IMG/VR virus record: IMGVR_UViG_3300021389_000024
Span: 1-58,930 of that record
Source: a virus
Lineage: Duplodnaviria > Caudoviricetes
Direction: 5' to 3' (one strand)
Length of the DNA: 58,930 nt
The translations under genes and the position numbers were made by a program. The notes under the pieces were generated by a model. The model ran no database searches and was not told where the DNA came from. It saw only the letters and a list, made by a program, of their open reading frames with translations. Below, piece after piece: positions 53,970 through 58,930 of this stretch (the first letter of the stretch is position 1; every line of letters begins with the position of its first letter).

Positions 53970-56030
53970 CTAAAATGTTGGCTGCATTTCTTTTAGTTTA
54001 GTAAGGGTATTAATATTAGTACCCGCTAATTGATAAAACGCAGCTGTGTTATCTTGAATAGTATTAGTAGTATAAATGCTTTTAGGTTCATACCAAACTT
54101 CTTTTTCTGGCAAACTAACTAACCTATAATTATTAAATCCAGGAACAAAACCCATAACAGCTATAATAGCATTTTCAGATCCATACTCTCCCGTCTCTTC
54201 TTGTTGTGCTTGTACTTCTTCTTGTGCATTTTGTAAGTTTTCTGCAATTATATTTTCTACTGTTGTGTCTGTATCAGAATCAGTGCTAACAGAATTAACT
54301 GATATGTTTAAACTGTCTTGGCTAGATACAGTTGATACCGTTGCAACAGTAACTTCAGTAGTAGTAGTTTCTGTTTCAACTGTGCTTGTGCTTATAGAAG
54401 TATCAGCTACAGCAGTACTACTCATATCAAGAACTTGATTAGTTTGGGCTGTAGAGGATGCAAACTGATCTGACATACTAGGAGAACTGCTAGTACTAAT
54501 ACCAGAGTTAGAAGAAGAACTTACTGCGTTACCAGCTGCAGCGCTATTACCCGTAGCATGAACAGATGTGCCTGCAGTTGTACCACTAACACTGGCTTGT
54601 GCGGTAGCTAAAGTAGATGAAACAACATTTAAGGCCATTTCTTTACTTATAGAACTTTTTCCCTCAGAAGCTATAAGTTCTTCTTCTATAACTTCTTCTA
54701 TAACTTCTTCTTCAACAATCTCTTCAATAGGTTCTTCCGCCGGCTCTTCTGCATGCGCAAGTTCTTCCTCCATTGCTGTCTCTTCCTCAAACCACTCCTC
54801 CAATTCCTCAATGGTTTCTAATTCAATAAATGTTTCGGGCTCTCTAAAATCTTCTACAAGAAAAGTTTCTTGAAAAATAAACTCTTCAATCATTATATCT
54901 TCTATTGGTAAAAAAACTTCTTCTTCATGCATTGGTAAATCGTGCATAACTTCAAGTGGTTCATAATATTCTTCTTGCGAAAACAGCTGTTCAAATATTA
55001 TTTCTTCTTCAAAAATAAATATGGGTTCTTCAAAGTATTGTTCTTCAAACTCAAAAACAAAATCTTCAAACAATGGTTCTTCTTCATACCCAAAGTCTTC
55101 TTCTTCATACCCATAATCAAAATATTCTTCTTCTTGAAAGTAAGCGATAGAGTCTTCTTGCCTGTAGCCTTGACAAAAGGGCCCATATTGAGGATCAAGA
55201 TCACATTGCCAATCATCATAAGCATCCCAATAATAAGGGCACGACTCTGAATACAGTTGATCTATATTACATTGTTGAGTTTGATAAGCATCAGCATAAC
55301 CTGCACAACTTGTATTATTTAAAGGGTTGCTACAATCTATGTTATTACCACTACCAGAACCATATAAAGAACCACCATTTTCTAAATTTGTATTTTTATC
55401 TGAGCTATTCCAATCAGTATTCACACAAGTGCTAGAGTTGGTTGAGCCTGTATTACATTCATCATGGTAATAATAGGTATATGAGTTATCTTTGTTAGCC
55501 CCTACCTCACCTATAAGAACATCGTGATTAATTATATCTAATTCACGATAACGTAAATCAAAAGAATTATTGTTCCAAAGTATTATTTCAAAGCTATTAT
55601 CTGATGCCCGGTTGTACTCTCTAAGGTTATACCAACCAAAGATCATTTTGTCAGAGTCTCCGTATGATTTCATACGCGAGCCCGAGTCTCTAATTAAATC
55701 AGTCCAAAAGGCGTATATGGTATAAGTATGCTGTCCATTGATAGGGTCAGGAGTATAGTCATTACAATAGCTACCACTAGAACCAAAATGGAGACATCCA
55801 TTAGTTGCCATTCTCGCTTGGCTAAATGTAGACCCATAAAAAGAAAAATCAAAAGAAAGGTCAATTGCAGGAGAAATTCCATCGTCAGATACTGAGTAAG
55901 CTAACTCACCCTCAAAGTTGTTGGCATTAGCATTAAGGTCGTAAAGGTCTTGGTTATTTTCATAAACATATTGAGCTGATAAATTACTTGTGAGTAATAA
56001 ACAACATATTATTTTAAAGCAGCGATACAT
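53970..56030 (-). CDS. Exported protein with nidogen(NIDO)-like domain, Cys-rich repeats and long acidic linker
   Basis: Signal peptide (LLLTSNLSA-Q); DDGIS.AIDL.FDFSFYG...MATNG...IYAFWTDL...NSFEIIL; CxxDxxYxxxC repeats. Confidence 0.7.
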   Translation of the reverse strand: MYRCFKIICCLLLTSNLSAQYVYENNQDLYDLNANANNFEGELAYSVSDDGISPAIDLSFDFSFYGSTFSQARMATNGCLHFGSSGSYCNDYTPDPINGQHTYTIYAFWTDLIRDSGSRMKSYGDSDKMIFGWYNLREYNRASDNSFEIILWNNNSFDLRYRELDIINHDVLIGEVGANKDNSYTYYYHDECNTGSTNSSTCVNTDWNSSDKNTNLENGGSLYGSGSGNNIDCSNPLNNTSCAGYADAYQTQQCNIDQLYSESCPYYWDAYDDWQCDLDPQYGPFCQGYRQEDSIAYFQEEEYFDYGYEEEDFGYEEEPLFEDFVFEFEEQYFEEPIFIFEEEIIFEQLFSQEEYYEPLEVMHDLPMHEEEVFLPIEDIMIEEFIFQETFLVEDFREPETFIELETIEELEEWFEEETAMEEELAHAEEPAEEPIEEIVEEEVIEEVIEEELIASEGKSSISKEMALNVVSSTLATAQASVSGTTAGTSVHATGNSAAAGNAVSSSSNSGISTSSSPSMSDQFASSTAQTNQVLDMSSTAVADTSISTSTVETETTTTEVTVATVSTVSSQDSLNISVNSVSTDSDTDTTVENIIAENLQNAQEEVQAQQEETGEYGSENAIIAVMGFVPGFNNYRLVSLPEKEVWYEPKSIYTTNTIQDNTAAFYQLAGTNINTLTKLKEMQPTF

Positions 56031-57001
56031 TCTCTTTTCTTTTGAGTAGAAGAGTGCCAGACTTGCTTACATCTTTGTACCTTTTCTTTATACCAAACTT
56101 TATAGTCTGGTCTGTCTTGTTTGTTTTCTTCCCAAGCAACTGTAGCTTCTTTACCTATTTTACCTTGATAAGGACACGGTGTGCCGGCCATTTCCATAGC
56201 AGTAAAAACCCTTTCATCAGCACAAAGTAAACTAATAGAAGCCACTTTCATACCCATATCGTAAAGGTATTTAGATAGTTTTAATCTTTCGCAGTTTTGA
56301 TCTCTTACGGTTTTACCACCAGAAAAGCCAAACACTTGGCCTTGGAACGCGCCCGATCTACCTACAGTACATAAGTCTTGTGAATAAGACATTATAGATG
56401 GAGCAATAGCAGATGCAGGTGGTGCTTCTGATTTTACGTTTTGGTTGATTGTTTGAGTTGAATTCGACTCATTAATGTTTCTGTTCGTGTTGTCAGATTT
56501 TGAGTTGTTCTCATTAACATTCTTATTGTTAGTTGTAACATTTGAATCAGACGTCGATTGATTGATATTCGTATTGTTGTTAGTGTTAGTGTTAGTGTTG
56601 TTAGAAGTGCTCGTATTGTTGACATTTTGATTTACCGTAGAATTAACAGTTGAGTTAGAAGTCGAAGTATTAACATTGTTGTTTGTATTGGTGTTATTAG
56701 AAGTCGACGTATTTGTATTGGTGTTATTGTTGGTATTTGTTGCCGTATTAATGTTTGTGTTTTGATTAGTACTAACATTTGTGTTTGTATTTACATTAGT
56801 ATTTGTATTTACGTTGGTATTACTATTGGTATTGTTGTTGGTGTTAGTATTAGTATTGGTGTTATTTGTGGTGGTATTGTTAGTAGTATCCAAACTATTT
56901 TGCTCGCAATACTGAGAGCCAGCAGTACAGTTACCTGTCTGATCCCCATAAGAATTAAAAGAGAATACCAATCCTAAAGTTAGAAGTGCACGTTTGTTCA
57001 T
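56009..57001 (-). CDS. Exported protein with Asn/Thr repeat and Cys-containing C-terminal domain
   Basis: Signal peptide; about 150 aa of NTNTN repeats; PPASAIAP...DLC...DQNCERLKLSKYL..MGMKVA...GTPCP. Confidence 0.75.
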   Translation of the reverse strand: MNKRALLTLGLVFSFNSYGDQTGNCTAGSQYCEQNSLDTTNNTTTNNTNTNTNTNNNTNSNTNVNTNTNVNTNTNVSTNQNTNINTATNTNNNTNTNTSTSNNTNTNNNVNTSTSNSTVNSTVNQNVNNTSTSNNTNTNTNNNTNINQSTSDSNVTTNNKNVNENNSKSDNTNRNINESNSTQTINQNVKSEAPPASAIAPSIMSYSQDLCTVGRSGAFQGQVFGFSGGKTVRDQNCERLKLSKYLYDMGMKVASISLLCADERVFTAMEMAGTPCPYQGKIGKEATVAWEENKQDRPDYKVWYKEKVQRCKQVWHSSTQKKRECIAALK

Positions 57002-57010
57002 AAGTTTTTA

Positions 57011-57307
57011 TTAACATTTCCAACGTCTTCTAGCCTGCCTTAGCCTTGAGTTAGGGTTTTTTGCAGCTTTGGGGAATTTTTTCATCTGCCCTGCAGATCT
57101 AGCGCAAAAAGACTTACGTCTTTTAGCAGCTTTACTTCCCTTTTTAACTTTTCCTGTTACTGCGGTTTTTAATTTAGATCCTGGGTTTGCTCTACGATAA
57201 GCGGCTACGCCTTTCTTAGTCATGCCAGCACCCGACTTGGTTTTTCGGTAGTTGGCGCCCTTACCTCTTGTTGTTTTTCGTATTGGGTTTTCTTTTTTGC
57301 GGGGCAC
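57011..57307 (-). CDS. Small highly basic protein (DUF6321-like)
   Basis: GAGMTKKGVAAYRRANPGSKL...RRKSFCARS...RWKC; GTG start. Confidence 0.7.
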   Translation of the reverse strand: MPRKKENPIRKTTRGKGANYRKTKSGAGMTKKGVAAYRRANPGSKLKTAVTGKVKKGSKAAKRRKSFCARSAGQMKKFPKAAKNPNSRLRQARRRWKC

Positions 57308-57404
57308 GTTTCTTCCTTACTGGTTGTTTTAAATTCTTCTTAAACAGCTTTGCATAGGCTTTTTTTACCTTATCCAAAAACTTTTCAATATATTCTATAT
57401 ACAT
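57261..57404 (-). CDS. Small basic hypothetical protein (not in ORF track)
   Basis: MYIEYIEKFLDKVKKAYAKLFKKNLKQPVRKKR... Confidence 0.4.
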   Translation of the reverse strand: MYIEYIEKFLDKVKKAYAKLFKKNLKQPVRKKRAPQKRKPNTKNNKR

Positions 57405-57454
57405 AATTATACTCATTAATAAAAGAGCTAAGACAATAGTATAGCAAATTACAG

Positions 57455-57745
57455 TTATTTTCGTCTCCTAGTAGTCTTTTTTTTAGCCATTGTTCTGACT
57501 CTTGTAGGTTTACCGCCTACACCTTGAGCTTTAGCGCGTTTGCGTTTAACCGCACTTCGTTTTTGTGCAGCTGTCATGCTAGCCGCTTTAGACTTAGGGA
57601 CACATTTAGGATAACCTTTTTTCTTAGTAGAAGCTTTTTTTCTACCACAGGGTGCATGTCCACCACCTTTTTTCTTTCTTCCTATATCAACCCATTCTTC
57701 TTTAAACCATTTTGTTAAGCCACCTTTGGGTTTAGCACTAGCCAT
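57455..57745 (-). CDS. Small basic protein (DUF5872-like)
   Basis: GGLTKWFKEEWVDI...PCGR...YPKCVP...KR. Confidence 0.7.
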   Translation of the reverse strand: MASAKPKGGLTKWFKEEWVDIGRKKKGGGHAPCGRKKASTKKKGYPKCVPKSKAASMTAAQKRSAVKRKRAKAQGVGGKPTRVRTMAKKKTTRRRK

Positions 57746-57882
57746 TACTTGTACTTCCCGCCCCTAGCTTTATAGGTTTTAGTTAACCAACCAGACGCAT
57801 AAGCGGACGGCCAAACTTTGTATTTTCTTTTAGCCTCTGCTTTTACTCTTGCATACAGTTTTTTATTTGTAGGTGTCGCCAT
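57745..57882 (-). CDS. Small basic protein (45 aa; not in ORF track)
   Basis: MATPTNKKLYARVKAEAKRKYKVWPSAYASGWLTKTYKARGGKYK; TAATG overlaps at both ends. Confidence 0.7.
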   Translation of the reverse strand: MATPTNKKLYARVKAEAKRKYKVWPSAYASGWLTKTYKARGGKYK

Positions 57883-58130
57883 TATGCTCTCCTTGCTGTT
57901 CGCGTTCTTTTAAAAGAACGATTTGATTTCTTCTTTTCCATTCTAATATTTTTAGGGTTATTGTTCAAAGGGTTGTTGTCTTTGTGTGCAACATCTTTAC
58001 CGTCACCTTTTTGAGCTTTACCCTTACGAATCATTAAACGGCGTGCTTTATTACGCCCCGCTCTTCGCCTTTTTTGCGCAGCTGTACCTTGATATCTGTC
58101 GTATTCTTTACGGTAGTTTCTTCTGGCCAT
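57882..58130 (-). CDS. Small basic HNH-like protein
   Basis: RNYRKEY...RAGRNKARR...GDGKDVAHKDNNP.NN...NI.....SNRS. Confidence 0.7.
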   Translation of the reverse strand: MARRNYRKEYDRYQGTAAQKRRRAGRNKARRLMIRKGKAQKGDGKDVAHKDNNPLNNNPKNIRMEKKKSNRSFKRTRTARRA

Positions 58131-58321
58131 TACTTGCCAGTTTTATTCATAGCCTTTTTGTGTGCTTGTCTCATGGTATCACCCATAAGCATACGCCTCT
58201 TCATAAAAGCCATGTGCTTTGCACTATGATGTTTGCTGTGTCTTTTTAGGGATGCCTCTTGGCGTTTAGAAATGCTTTTTTTTCTAATTTTTTGAGAAGG
58301 TCTTTTGCGTGTTCTAGGCAT
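58130..58321 (-). CDS. Small basic protein
   Basis: RHSKHHSAKHMAFMKRRMLMGDTMRQAHKKAM; TAATG coupling. Confidence 0.65.
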   Translation of the reverse strand: MPRTRKRPSQKIRKKSISKRQEASLKRHSKHHSAKHMAFMKRRMLMGDTMRQAHKKAMNKTGK

Positions 58322-58509
58322 TATTTTTTAGGTTTTTTAGGTTTATAAACAATGTTGTCTAGCTTTTCTGATACTTCAGCCTCACTCATTAAAGTATAAC
58401 CATCAGTAGAAAGTTCTTGGTTAGGCACATTAGGTTTCATTTTAGTTTCTTCAACCTTCATATCTCCCACTTTACCGGGTTTTTTTGGTCCTGGTGTTCT
58501 AGACGCCAT
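58321..58509 (-). CDS. Small hypothetical protein
   Basis: AGGAG RBS before ATG 58509 (MASRTPGPKK). Confidence 0.55.
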   Translation of the reverse strand: MASRTPGPKKPGKVGDMKVEETKMKPNVPNQELSTDGYTLMSEAEVSEKLDNIVYKPKKPKK

Positions 58510-58723
58510 CTGGTTTCTCCTGTGCAATTAAAAAATCAACTAACTTTATTTTATCATTAATCTCAACTAATTTACCAACCAGCTGATCTAAGTACTCTGT
58601 AAAGTTAGTGTGCTCTGGTATTGAAGTAGCGTTTGAAGTAAGAACTTCTAGGTCTAAACTGACCTGGGCCCGTTGTCCTTCAAGCGATGCTTTATAAGTT
58701 GTATAGATAGATCCTTTATCCAT
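58499..58723 (-). CDS. Hypothetical helical protein
   Basis: AAGGAG RBS; 74 aa. Confidence 0.6.
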   Translation of the reverse strand: MDKGSIYTTYKASLEGQRAQVSLDLEVLTSNATSIPEHTNFTEYLDQLVGKLVEINDKIKLVDFLIAQEKPDGV

Positions 58724-58765
58724 TTATCTCTCCTTAGAAGTGTTCTATTACTTCATCTTCCACGG

Positions 58766-58855
58766 CTAGTAACCGTATGAAGATTTCTTTTTACCTTTTT
58801 TAACTGGCTTTTTCTTTTTAGCAGGCTTCTTTTTGTACATTCCTTTCATACCCAT
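58766..58855 (-). CDS. Very small Lys-rich peptide (not in ORF track)
   Basis: GGAGG RBS; MGMKGMYKKKPAKKKKPVKKGKKKSSYGY (alternative start 58879). Confidence 0.5.
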   Translation of the reverse strand: MGMKGMYKKKPAKKKKPVKKGKKKSSYGY

Positions 58856-58930
58856 TTGATTTATACCTCCGCATTTCATAGTTTACATTATTACCCATAG
58901 GGGTTGGCTAAGTCAATATCATCTTCTGTT

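Overview
The window is most of an AT-rich tailed dsDNA phage genome with podovirus-type architecture. Gene content resembles uncultured marine phages; the CsrA and DUF1289 homologues hint at a gammaproteobacterial host (inference). The minus strand (33185 down to 1) carries the late module: HNH-like nuclease, TerS, TerL, portal, scaffold, N4-gp56-like major capsid protein, two adaptor proteins, ejection proteins (one 2489 aa with an HExxH motif), several tail fibres, lysis genes and a nozzle. A second minus-strand block (58930 to 53622) holds many small Lys/Arg-rich proteins and a cassette of three exported or membrane proteins. The plus strand (33438-53527) carries early genes, an AAA+/vWA module, a family A DNA polymerase (Leu762 type), a CsrA homologue, primase-helicase, Cas4-like nuclease, SNF2 helicase, a putative SSB and a resolvase-like nuclease. 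No integrase, RT, tRNA or CRISPR array was seen. The most notable signals point to RNA-level control: (1) a phage CsrA together with GGA-loop hairpins over several early-gene Shine-Dalgarno sites and a CAGGATG hairpin in the leader of its own operon; (2) a ~450-nt non-coding array of pseudoknotted modules at 37884-38330; (3) tandem mini-pseudoknots in the capsid-gene leader; (4) an array of 12 TGTTCCA heptamers, many matching parS half-sites, probably the origin. All structures were found by eye and all protein calls rest on motif recognition, not database searches.
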